Assembly: GCF_036391795.1 (NCBI RefSeq)
Contig: NZ_DASVZH010000041.1
Span: 1-56,489 of the forward strand
Length of the DNA stretch: 56,489 nt
Origin: Oryzihumus sp.
GTDB taxonomy: Bacteria; Actinomycetota; Actinomycetes; Actinomycetales; Dermatophilaceae
Direction of reading: 5' to 3'
The notes under the pieces are model-generated. The model did no database searches and was not told the DNA's origin. It saw only the letters and a program-made list of their open reading frames with translations. Position numbers and translations under genes: made by a program. Positions 43,073 through 51,009 of the stretch are shown in pieces. Numbering within the stretch: the stretch's first letter is position 1; each line of letters begins with the position of its first letter.

Positions 43073-43202
43073 GCCGGGCCCTGGGAGACGCGCCGCGACC
43101 CGGCCTCGCCTGGAGCGGCCGACCCGGCCGCTCGGCATACCGGCTCCCGCACACGGCTGGGCCGGTCGGGCAACCAGCCCGGCCGGCCCAGGAAGCCTCG
43201 TC

Positions 43203-43820
43203 TCACGCGGGACGAGGCTGGATCGGCGCGGCCGGACCCATGGCCGCACCGTGACGGCGCAGGCGGAACGCCAGCGCCAGCTCACCGATGCCGAGCACGA
43301 CGAGCCACAACCCGGTCACCCACGCCAGCGCGGTGAGGGAGACCCCGGGCCAGGCCACGAGGACGATGCCGGCAAGGACACTGAGCACGCCGAGCGTGGC
43401 ACGGGTGCCGCGGTACTCGGCGGTGTGGTCCGTGATGGCGACGAAGACCTCGATCATGCCGTGGATGATCCAGTAGATGCCGAGCACCAGCGCCAGCGTC
43501 AGCACGGTCAGGCCGAGGTGCCGCATCGCCCAGACACCGACGATCACCGAGAGCACGCCCAGCAGCGCGAGCATGGTCCGCGTGCCGCCGCTCTCCTCGG
43601 TGCGTGCCAGGCCTTCGACGAAGCGGATGATCCCGGCGACGACGAGCTGGATGCCGAACAGCAGCGCCAGGACGACGAGCGTCTTGCCGGGCCAGATCAT
43701 CGCGAGCACACCGACGACGACCGTGATGGCGCCGAAGATGCCGACCAGGATCGCCGAACCGCGGCTGACCGACTCCAGCCGCGCCTGCGCGGTGTCCATC
43801 ATGTTGCCCTGGTTGGACAT
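43203..43820 (-). CDS. HdeD/DUF308 family membrane protein
   Basis: Repeated GxxxxxWP...G.. TM hairpins, 6 TM segments; GGGAG RBS. Confidence 0.85.
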   Translation of the reverse strand: MSNQGNMMDTAQARLESVSRGSAILVGIFGAITVVVGVLAMIWPGKTLVVLALLFGIQLVVAGIIRFVEGLARTEESGGTRTMLALLGVLSVIVGVWAMRHLGLTVLTLALVLGIYWIIHGMIEVFVAITDHTAEYRGTRATLGVLSVLAGIVLVAWPGVSLTALAWVTGLWLVVLGIGELALAFRLRRHGAAMGPAAPIQPRPA

Positions 43821-43861
43821 TGACTGCTCCCTTCCCGCGGGCGGATGCCGCCCGACGCCTC

Positions 43862-44335
43862 TCACTCCTCGTCCGGCAGCACCGGGGCCCGCAGGGCCTT
43901 GGTGCGTGCATGTTCCTTCTTGCTCGCGATGCGCGCGTCGTCCGACTCGTGGCTGGGCGCCCCCGGCCAGCGGTCCGGTGGGGCGGGTTCGAGCGCCTCG
44001 CACAGCAGGTGCACCAGCCGCTCCCGGGCCGCCACCCGGTTCTCCCACTGGGACCGGTGCTCGTGGGCCTGGATGACCAGCACCCCGTGGTGCAGCCGCG
44101 GGCTGAGGTACTCCTCCACCTGACGGCGCTGGTCCGCGCTCAGCGAGCGGGACTCCGGCACGTCGAAGCGCAGCTCGACCTTGGCCGAGGTGGTGTCCAC
44201 CCCCTGCCCACCAGGTCCGGTCGAGCGGGAGAAGTGCTCCTGCAGGTCCTCGTCGCGCACCCGCAGGCCCTCAGGCAGCCCCGGCGCGGGGTGGATGAAC
44301 AGGTCCTCTCCGGGATGTCCGGTGTAGGTGCTCAC
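43862..44335 (-). CDS. ArfB-like peptidyl-tRNA hydrolase, atypical paralogue
   Basis: FSRSTGPGGQGVDTT, VELRFD, RSQWENR; basic tail largely replaced. Confidence 0.82.
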   Translation of the reverse strand: MSTYTGHPGEDLFIHPAPGLPEGLRVRDEDLQEHFSRSTGPGGQGVDTTSAKVELRFDVPESRSLSADQRRQVEEYLSPRLHHGVLVIQAHEHRSQWENRVAARERLVHLLCEALEPAPPDRWPGAPSHESDDARIASKKEHARTKALRAPVLPDEE

Positions 44336-44393
44336 GCAGCCAGTCTTCGCCGGCCCTGACCGGTCGGACAGGGACTTCGTCCCCTGTCCGGGC

Positions 44394-44870
44394 TCAGCCG
44401 TCCTGCACGCGCCCGCGCAGCGACTTGGTCTGGCCGCGGCGCCGCTTGCCCTCCAGCCGGCGCCGCTGCGCGCCCTTCGTGGGCCGGGTCGCGCGCCGCG
44501 ACGCCGGGGGAGGGGCCAGCCCCTCCAGCAGGTATGCCGCGAGCCTCGCCCGGGCGGCCGCGCGGTTCTGGCGCTGCGCGCGGTGCTCCGAGGCGGTGAC
44601 GACCAGCTCGGTGCCCACGAGTCTGGTGGCCAGGGCGCCGAGCAGCCGGGCGCGCTGGTCGTCGGTGAACGCGGTGGAGGAGGCGATGTCGAAGCGGAGC
44701 TCGACCCGGCTGTCGGTCGTGTTGACCCCCTGGCCACCGGGCCCGGAGGAACGGCTGAACCGCTCGCGCAGCTCGGCCGCCGGGATGGCCAGCGGCTGCC
44801 GGACGCCGGGGGCCGGGCCGAGCACCAGGTCCTCGCCGGGGTCCCCCCGATGCGTTCTCACGTCCGGCAT
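44394..44870 (-). CDS. arfB: Alternative ribosome rescue factor B
   Basis: FSRSSGPGGQGVNTTDSRVELRFD, RAQRQNR, basic tail RRATRPTKGAQRRRLEGKRRRGQTKSLR; alternative GTG start at 44861. Confidence 0.92.
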   Translation of the reverse strand: MPDVRTHRGDPGEDLVLGPAPGVRQPLAIPAAELRERFSRSSGPGGQGVNTTDSRVELRFDIASSTAFTDDQRARLLGALATRLVGTELVVTASEHRAQRQNRAAARARLAAYLLEGLAPPPASRRATRPTKGAQRRRLEGKRRRGQTKSLRGRVQDG

Positions 44871-44998
44871 TCTGCCTGCCCGGGGCGCGCCGGGGCATGT
44901 CCTAGGGTTGCCGGCCAGGGGGAGGGCGCGGAGGTGTCGGCGAGCAGTCGCCCGGCGGGCCGCGGGATGCAGGCAAGCGACGGCATACAAGGGGTGCG

Positions 44999-45679
44999 AT
45001 GGTCGGCTGGGTGTTCTTCGACGTGGACCAGACGCTGTGTGACTTCGCGACGATGATGCGGCGCGCGCTGGAGTCTGCGCTGGGCGAGCTGCAGCGCAGG
45101 CTGCCGGCGGGCTCGACCGACGGGCTGACCGTCGAGGACCTGCGCACCGCCCGGGACGCAGTAGCGGCGACGGCCTCGGCGTCGACGCCGATGGAGCAGA
45201 TCCGGCTGCAGTCGTTCCGGGTCGTGGTGGCGGGGTGCGTCCCCGGCGGCGATGAGGACCTGGCCCGGTCGGTGACCAGGCACTACCTGCGGCGCCGGTT
45301 CGCGGACCCCGTGCTCTACCCCGACGTCCGGCCGGCGCTGGACGCGCTGGCGCCACGTCACCGGCTGGGCGTGGTCAGCAACGGCAACAGCTATCCGCAC
45401 ACCCTCGGACTCGGGCACTTCCGTGAGGTGTTCCTGGCGCAGCACGTCGGGCTGCGCAAGCCCGACCCGGCGCTCTACGTCCACGTGGCGCGCGAGGTCC
45501 GGACGCGGCCGGAGGACCTGGTGATGGTGGGGGACTCGCTCGGGCACGACGTGCTCGCCGCGCGCGAGGCGGGCTGGCAGGCCGTGTGGGTCAACCGTCA
45601 GCGGCGTGAGGTGCCGCCGGAGGTCACGGCGTCGGTCGCCGACCTGCGCGACCTCGAGGTGCTGCTCGGCGGCGGGTGA
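44999..45679 (+). CDS. HAD-family hydrolase
   Basis: FDVDQTL motif I, VSNGN, RKPDP, MVGDS..HDV. Confidence 0.88.
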   Translation: MVGWVFFDVDQTLCDFATMMRRALESALGELQRRLPAGSTDGLTVEDLRTARDAVAATASASTPMEQIRLQSFRVVVAGCVPGGDEDLARSVTRHYLRRRFADPVLYPDVRPALDALAPRHRLGVVSNGNSYPHTLGLGHFREVFLAQHVGLRKPDPALYVHVAREVRTRPEDLVMVGDSLGHDVLAAREAGWQAVWVNRQRREVPPEVTASVADLRDLEVLLGGG

Positions 45680-45704
45680 TGGCCCTGACGGGGTGAGCCC
45701 GGGC

Positions 45705-45887
45705 TCAGGCAGGCGGGGTGTCGGGTTGCAGGGGTGGCTCGACGGGAGGGATGGGGTCCGGTCCCGGCCCGGGAGGCTCAGGTGTCGGCGCAGGCGGTGT
45801 CGGTGGCTGCGGGCTCGGCGGCGTGGGCTGCGGCCCCGGCAGCGGCGGGTCGTTCGGCGGGATGGTGGCCTGAGGGCTCAGGGTCAT
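45705..45887 (-). CDS. Small proline-rich protein (60 aa)
   Basis: AGGAGG RBS 7 nt before the ATG and a SigB/SigF-type promoter upstream. Confidence 0.55.
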   Translation of the reverse strand: MTLSPQATIPPNDPPLPGPQPTPPSPQPPTPPAPTPEPPGPGPDPIPPVEPPLQPDTPPA

Positions 45888-45910
45888 GTCATCGCCTCCT
45901 CACCGGTCCC

Positions 45911-45966
45911 GTGCCCGCGGAGGGCCCGGGCCAAACGCCCGTTTCGGTGCTGTCCGGGAGGGGTAC
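45911..45966. promoter_or_regulatory. Back-to-back SigB/SigF-type promoters
   Basis: + strand GTTT(45941)-N16-GGGTAC; - strand GTTT(45936)-N16-GGGCAC. Confidence 0.65.
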
Positions 45967-45998
45967 GCCGCGATCACGCGACCCCAGGAGGAGACACG

Positions 45999-46949
45999 AT
46001 GCGACTCGGCTACTTCCTCTCCAGCGAGGAGCACCCGGCACCCGAGCTGGTGCGGCAGGCCAGGATGGCCCAGGACGCGGGGTTCGAGGCGTTGTGGATC
46101 TCGGACCACTTCCACCCGTGGAACGACGAGCAGGGGCAGAGCCCGTTCGTGTGGTCGGTGATCGGGGCGGTCTCGCAGGTGTGCGACCTGCCGCTGACGA
46201 CGGCCGTGACCTGTCCGACCGTGCGCACCCACCCAGCGGTCATCGCCCAGGCGGCGGCCACCAGCGCGACGTTGATGCCCGGCCGCTTCCACCTCGGCGT
46301 GGGCTCGGGTGAGGCGCTCAACGAGCACGTCACCGGCGCGGGCTGGCCGAGCGCACAGGTGCGGCTGGAGATGCTCGAGGAGGCGGTGGACATCATCCGC
46401 CGGCTGTTCTCCGGGGAGCGTGTCTACCACCGTGGGCGGCACTACGTCGTGGACGAGGCGCGCCTCTACAGCCGCCCCGACAAGGCCCCGCCGATCTACG
46501 TGTCCGGCTTCGGGCCACGGGCGATCGAGCTGGCCGCGCGCATCGGGGACGGCTTCATCAGCACCAACCCCCAGCCGGACGACCTGGACCACTACCGGGT
46601 CCATGGCGGACGGGGACCGGCCGAGGCAGGGGTGAAGGTCTGCTGGGCACCCGACGAGGAGTCAGCCGTGGACACCGCCCACCGGCTCTGGGCCAACTCC
46701 GGCGTGCCGGGAGAGCTGGCGCAGGTGCTGCCCAGCCCCAAGCACTTCGAGCAGGCATCGAGCCTGGTCACCCGGGAGTCCACCGCGTCCTCGGTGGCCT
46801 GCGGGCCCGATCCCAAGCGCCATGCCGAGGTGGTCCGCCAGTTCGCCGACGCCGGCTACGACACGCTCTACGTCTCGCAGATGGGGCCGCAGCAGGAGGA
46901 GTTCTTCCGGTTCTGGGCCGAGGAGGTGCGCCCCCTGCTGCCGGGCTGA
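45999..46949 (+). CDS. F420-dependent LLM-class oxidoreductase (G6PDH-like, TIGR03557-type)
   Basis: GYFLSSEE, ISDHFHPW, QGQSPFVW, TAVTCP, LGVGSGEALNEH. Confidence 0.9.
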   Translation: MRLGYFLSSEEHPAPELVRQARMAQDAGFEALWISDHFHPWNDEQGQSPFVWSVIGAVSQVCDLPLTTAVTCPTVRTHPAVIAQAAATSATLMPGRFHLGVGSGEALNEHVTGAGWPSAQVRLEMLEEAVDIIRRLFSGERVYHRGRHYVVDEARLYSRPDKAPPIYVSGFGPRAIELAARIGDGFISTNPQPDDLDHYRVHGGRGPAEAGVKVCWAPDEESAVDTAHRLWANSGVPGELAQVLPSPKHFEQASSLVTRESTASSVACGPDPKRHAEVVRQFADAGYDTLYVSQMGPQQEEFFRFWAEEVRPLLPG

Positions 46950-46983
46950 GCCCCTCTGCCGCTGAGGTGCCTGCGACCTGCGG

Positions 46984-47772
46984 TCAGGCTGCCTCGAGCT
47001 GGTCACGCAACCGGTCGAGCACCCGATGCAGCCGCCGGGACACCTGCATCTGGCTGACCCCGAGCCGGCGGCCGATCTCCGCCTGGCTGAGCTCGTCCTC
47101 GAAGCGCAACCGCAGCAGCCGCAGGTCGGACGGGTCGAGCGTGCGCAGCGCGGCGGCCAGGGAGAGCCGGTCGTCCACCGCCACGCTGGGGTCGCCGTGG
47201 GGGTCGGCCAGCTCGTCGGCGAGCGCCCGGCGGTGCTCGTCGCGTTTCGCGTCCAGCGACGTCGGGGAGTAGCAGCCGGGCAGCTCCCGCGCCTCGGCCA
47301 CCGACCGCGCGTCGGTGCCGAGCACGTCGGCGAGCTGCATCGTGCTCGGCGGCTGCCCGAGGTCCTGCTCCAGGGCGGCGACGGCGGTCCGGATGTCGGC
47401 ATGCAGCTCCTGGAGCCGTCGCGGTGGCCGCACCGCCCAGCCGGCGTCCCGGAAGTGTCGGCGGATCTCCCCACGGATGGTCGGCTTGGCGAAGGCCAGG
47501 AAGCTGCCGCCCGCGTCGGCGTGGAAGCGGTGCGCCGCCTTGACCAGCCCGAGCATGGCGACCTGCCGCAGGTCCTCGGCCTCGAGGCCGCGACCGCGGT
47601 AGTGCGCCGCGATCGCGCAGGCCACGTCGAGGTTGCAGCAGACGACCTCGTCCCGGATCCGGCGGCAGACGCGCGGGTCGTGCTCGTGAGCGAGCTGGTC
47701 GAGCAGGCGCCGGGTCCTGGACTCACGAGTCCGGAACGAGGTGGGGGAGCAGGCGGTCAGCAACGGGGTCAT
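46984..47772 (-). CDS. SigB/SigF-family sigma factor
   Basis: EDLRQVAMLGLVKAAHRF, FAKPTIRGEIRRHFRD.GWAVRPPRRLQE, SQAEIG..LGVSQMQVSR. Confidence 0.92.
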   Translation of the reverse strand: MTPLLTACSPTSFRTRESRTRRLLDQLAHEHDPRVCRRIRDEVVCCNLDVACAIAAHYRGRGLEAEDLRQVAMLGLVKAAHRFHADAGGSFLAFAKPTIRGEIRRHFRDAGWAVRPPRRLQELHADIRTAVAALEQDLGQPPSTMQLADVLGTDARSVAEARELPGCYSPTSLDAKRDEHRRALADELADPHGDPSVAVDDRLSLAAALRTLDPSDLRLLRLRFEDELSQAEIGRRLGVSQMQVSRRLHRVLDRLRDQLEAA

Positions 47773-47865
47773 GGTGCATCCCGGGGAATGAAGGGGGCGG
47801 GCCGTTGCTGGACCTCACGTGCACCATACCCACGGCACCGCAGGAGGCGGCGCGCAGTGGGCGGC

Positions 47866-48420
47866 TCATTCGTCGCGTTCGTCCCTGGCGTCCCGGCCGT
47901 CAGCCTGGTCCCGCAGCTCGATCAGCTCGTCGTAGCGCTTCGGACCGTCAGGGACCTGCGGCTGCCCGAGGGCGTCGCTCCCGTCCCGGGCACCCGTGCG
48001 CGCTGACACGGTGTCGGGGTCGGCGATGCCGTCGGCCGGGTCGGGCCGCGTGTAGGCGGCCCCCGCCACGTGGCTGGCCCCGTCGCGGCCGACCTGCCCG
48101 GCCATCCAGGTCGTCGCGTAGTACTGGTGCAGGCTCAGCGCGTCGTCGAGGGAGGGTGGCCAGCCGTGGAGGGTCGGGGCCTGCACCACGGTGTCCTTGC
48201 CGTAGGGCAGCACGAGGTTGCCGGACTCCACCCGCGCCTCGGACACGGGCGCGAGGGCGTCGTGCCGGCCCAGCAGCCCGGTGCGGATGCGCAGCCAGGT
48301 GCCCTCCTGGCTGTGCTCCTCCGAGAGCACCTCCTCGATGCGGCCGATCTTCTCCCCGTCCTGGGCCCGGGCGGTCATACCCACCAGGGCGGCCAGCTCG
48401 TGTTCCTGCATGCAGGTCAC
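47866..48420 (-). CDS. PRC-barrel domain protein
   Basis: QDGEKIGRIEEV, IRTGLLG, LPYGKDTVVQAP. Confidence 0.75.
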   Translation of the reverse strand: MTCMQEHELAALVGMTARAQDGEKIGRIEEVLSEEHSQEGTWLRIRTGLLGRHDALAPVSEARVESGNLVLPYGKDTVVQAPTLHGWPPSLDDALSLHQYYATTWMAGQVGRDGASHVAGAAYTRPDPADGIADPDTVSARTGARDGSDALGQPQVPDGPKRYDELIELRDQADGRDARDERDE

Positions 48421-48484
48421 CTCTCTCCGCGGATCGTGGTCCGGCTCCCCCGTGCCCGGAGCGGGTGCGGTTCAACCCGCAGCG

Positions 48485-48853
48485 TCAGTCCCGTTCCCAC
48501 GGGGGCTCCTCGCCCATCTTGGAGTAGTAGCGCGCGAGGTGCCCCTTGACGCGGGCGATGTCGCGCTCGGGCAGGTCGACACCACCGCGCGAGCCCTGCA
48601 TCACCGCGGCCGCCGCCATGACCCCGCGGGGCACCGCCTTCAACCTGCCGTCGACCACGTCGGCCACGAGCAGCTTGTATGCCGTGTAGTTCTCCTTCGC
48701 GTCCGCGTCGTACCAGACGTGGGCGTCCCGGTAGCGGGCGTTGGGCTCCTCCTCGGCGCCGGCCCACTCCCGCACCCGCTTCTCCGCGGCGGCACCGTCC
48801 CACTCGCGGTCACGCTCGGCGAGCGGCAGGTCCTGGAACGTCGTCACAGCCAT
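48485..48853 (-). CDS. Conserved hypothetical protein (122 aa)
   Basis: GGAAGGA RBS, typical codon bias; DLPLA..DREWD...YKLLVADVVDG.LKAVP. Confidence 0.75.
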   Translation of the reverse strand: MAVTTFQDLPLAERDREWDGAAAEKRVREWAGAEEEPNARYRDAHVWYDADAKENYTAYKLLVADVVDGRLKAVPRGVMAAAAVMQGSRGGVDLPERDIARVKGHLARYYSKMGEEPPWERD

Positions 48854-48925
48854 GGCTGTCCGTCCTTCCCGTCGGGGGCTGCACTGCCCTGCCTGTACCC
48901 GCTCGGCGCCGGAGCATGCGGAGAC

Positions 48926-48950
48926 GTTTGGGGACCGCCCTGTCGGGTAC
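48926..48950 (+). promoter_or_regulatory. SigB/SigF-type promoter
   Basis: GTTT-N15-GGGTAC upstream of the Rho-N-like gene and csbD. Confidence 0.65.
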
Positions 48951-48995
48951 GGAGCAGTCACGGCTGACCTGTACGAGAGGGAAGGCAGGTGGGAC

Positions 48996-49265
48996 ATGCC
49001 CCGCAAGGACCCCGGCCCCAGCGTCAAGGACAAGGGCCTGTACGAGTCGCTGCGCGACGACGGAGCCAGCAAGGAGAAGGCCGCCCGGATCGCGAACGCC
49101 GCGGCGAACAGCTCGCGGTCGTCGGTGGGCAGCAAGGGTGGCTCGCACGGCGACTACGAGGACTGGACCAAGGACGAGCTCCTGAAGCGAGCACGCGAGA
49201 TCGGCATCGAAGGACGGTCCTCCATGAGCAAGGGCGAGCTGATCACGGCACTGCGCAACCACTGA
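48996..49265 (+). CDS. Small stress protein with a C-terminal Rho-N-like motif
   Basis: PGPSVKD..LYESLR..GASKEKAARIAN...YEDWTKDEL..RA.EIGIEGRS.MSK.ELI.ALR. Confidence 0.8.
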   Translation: MPRKDPGPSVKDKGLYESLRDDGASKEKAARIANAAANSSRSSVGSKGGSHGDYEDWTKDELLKRAREIGIEGRSSMSKGELITALRNH

Positions 49266-49326
49266 ACCCCTGCAGCGCCGCAAGGCGTGGGCAGGTGGCA
49301 CATCCGGCTCGACCGAAGGAGAAGTG

Positions 49327-49500
49327 ATGGGTAACGAGGACAAGCTCCGCAACAAGGGCGAGGAGATCGGCGGCGCCGCCAAGGAGAAGGTCGGCCAGGC
49401 GACCGGCGACCGTGACCTGCAGGCCGAGGGCAAGGCCGACCAGACCAAGGCGAACGTCAAGCAGGCAGGGGAGAAGGTCAAGGACGCCTTCAAGGACTGA
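49327..49500 (+). CDS. csbD: CsbD family general stress protein (57 aa; not in the ORF track)
   Basis: MGNEDKLRNKGEEIGGAAKEKVGQATGDRDLQAEGKADQTKANVKQAGEKVKDAFKD; AAGGAG RBS. Confidence 0.92.
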   Translation: MGNEDKLRNKGEEIGGAAKEKVGQATGDRDLQAEGKADQTKANVKQAGEKVKDAFKD

Positions 49501-49514
49501 GACACGCAGTCCGG

Positions 49515-49556
49515 ACGAGGGTCGGAGCCAGGGGACATCGGCTCCGGCCCTCGTCG
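49515..49556 (+). terminator. Hairpin after csbD
   Basis: GACGAGGGTCGGAGCC...GGCTCCGGCCCTCGTC. Confidence 0.65.
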
Positions 49557-49626
49557 CTGCCGTGGGAGCGGCAGGGGATGGGGACACGGCCCAGCTGTGC
49601 GGGCGCCCGCCACGCTCGGTGGTGGT

Positions 49627-49651
49627 GTTTCCTGCCGGGCGTGTGGGGTAG
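49627..49651 (+). promoter_or_regulatory. SigB/SigF-type promoter of the P450 gene
   Basis: GTTT-N15-GGGTAG. Confidence 0.6.
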
Positions 49652-49698
49652 GGAGGGGAGTGCCAGGCCAGGACCGCGAGCACGGAGGCAGGTGCGAC

Positions 49699-50943
49699 AT
49701 GACCCACACCGAAGGACGTCCGCCGGACGTCACGGCCCAGCTGCTCGCCCGCGGATACACCCTGTCCGCGTACCTGGCCGGGGATGAGTCACGCGACGCC
49801 ACGGCCGTGCGGCTCATGGGTGCGCCCGCAGTGTGGCTGAGGGGGCGTCAGGGGGCCGAGGCGTTCTACGACACCACACGGTTCCGACGAGCCGGGGCCC
49901 TGCCCAAGGTGGTGTCCGACGTGCTGTTCGGCACGGGTCCGGTGCACAGCCTCGACGACGAGGCGCACCGGCACCGCAAGACGCTCTTCCTGTCGGTGAC
50001 CGAGCCCGGTGCCGTCGCGGGACTCTCCGAGACGGTCGGAGACGGCTGGGAGCGGGGGCTGACCCTCACGTTGGACCGGGGTGACCCGGTCGCCGTCTTC
50101 CCGGCCGCGGTGAAGGTCATCGGCCAGGCGGTGCAGCGGTGGGCCGGCCTCGACGTGGGCGCCGACCATGTGGCGCGCAGCGAGGACCTGGCGAGGGTCG
50201 TGGACGGTTTCGGCGGCGTCGGTCCGCGGCAGGCACGGGCGCGCCTTGCCCGGGCCCGCGCCGACCGCTGGGCGGGGGAGCAGATCGACCGAGCGCGGCG
50301 CGGCGAGGCGCCGGAGGGGTCCGTCCTGGACCAGGTGGCGACGTTCCGCGACCTCGACGGGTCGGTCCTGCCGCGTCACACCGCGGCTGTCGAGCTGCTC
50401 AACGTGCTGCGGCCCACGGTGGCGGTCTCGTGGTTCGTCGCCTTCGCGGCGTTCGCGTTGCAGCAGGACACCTACTGGCGGGGCCGGGTCGCCGCCGCGG
50501 GAGCCCCCGAGGTGGTGGCCTTCGCCCACGAGGTGCGTCGTCACTACCCGTTCGTCCCGGTGCTGGCCGCCCGCGCCCGCGAGGACACCGAGGTGTGCGG
50601 TATGGCGCTCCGAGCCGGGGACCGGGCGGTCCTGGATGTCTACGGCACCAACCACGACGCACGGGCGTGGTCGCACCCGGACGCCTTCGACCCCTCGCGC
50701 TTCGAGGACACCGAACCAGACGAGTTCGCCTTCGTGCCACAGGGCGGGGGCGATGCCCGCACCGGCCACCGCTGTCCTGGGGAAGGCATCGCCACGGGGA
50801 TCCTCACCGCCGTCGTGCCGTCGCTCGCCCGGCGCGGCTACCGCATCGCACCGTCGAACGGGCTGGCGTGGTCGGCCCGCCGCATGCCGCCCCGGTTCCG
50901 CGGGGGCCTGCGCATCCTCCCGGTGGCGGCCGGCGGGCGGTGA
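49699..50943 (+). CDS. Cytochrome P450, CYP152 (fatty-acid peroxygenase)-like
   Basis: I-helix ELLNVLRPTVA (Arg-Pro), EVRRHYPF, PQGGG...GHRCPGE heme Cys; GGAGG RBS. Confidence 0.9.
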   Translation: MTHTEGRPPDVTAQLLARGYTLSAYLAGDESRDATAVRLMGAPAVWLRGRQGAEAFYDTTRFRRAGALPKVVSDVLFGTGPVHSLDDEAHRHRKTLFLSVTEPGAVAGLSETVGDGWERGLTLTLDRGDPVAVFPAAVKVIGQAVQRWAGLDVGADHVARSEDLARVVDGFGGVGPRQARARLARARADRWAGEQIDRARRGEAPEGSVLDQVATFRDLDGSVLPRHTAAVELLNVLRPTVAVSWFVAFAAFALQQDTYWRGRVAAAGAPEVVAFAHEVRRHYPFVPVLAARAREDTEVCGMALRAGDRAVLDVYGTNHDARAWSHPDAFDPSRFEDTEPDEFAFVPQGGGDARTGHRCPGEGIATGILTAVVPSLARRGYRIAPSNGLAWSARRMPPRFRGGLRILPVAAGGR

Positions 50944-50958
50944 CGCTCGAGCCCCGGC

Positions 50959-50988
50959 GGACCGATCCGCCGGGGCTCCTGGTCCGCC
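50959..50988. terminator. Hairpin between the convergent P450 and selB genes
   Basis: GAGCCCCGGCGGA-CCGA-TCCGCCGGGGCTC. Confidence 0.65.
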
Positions 50989-51009
50989 GTCCGGAGCAGC
51001 TCGGGCGGC

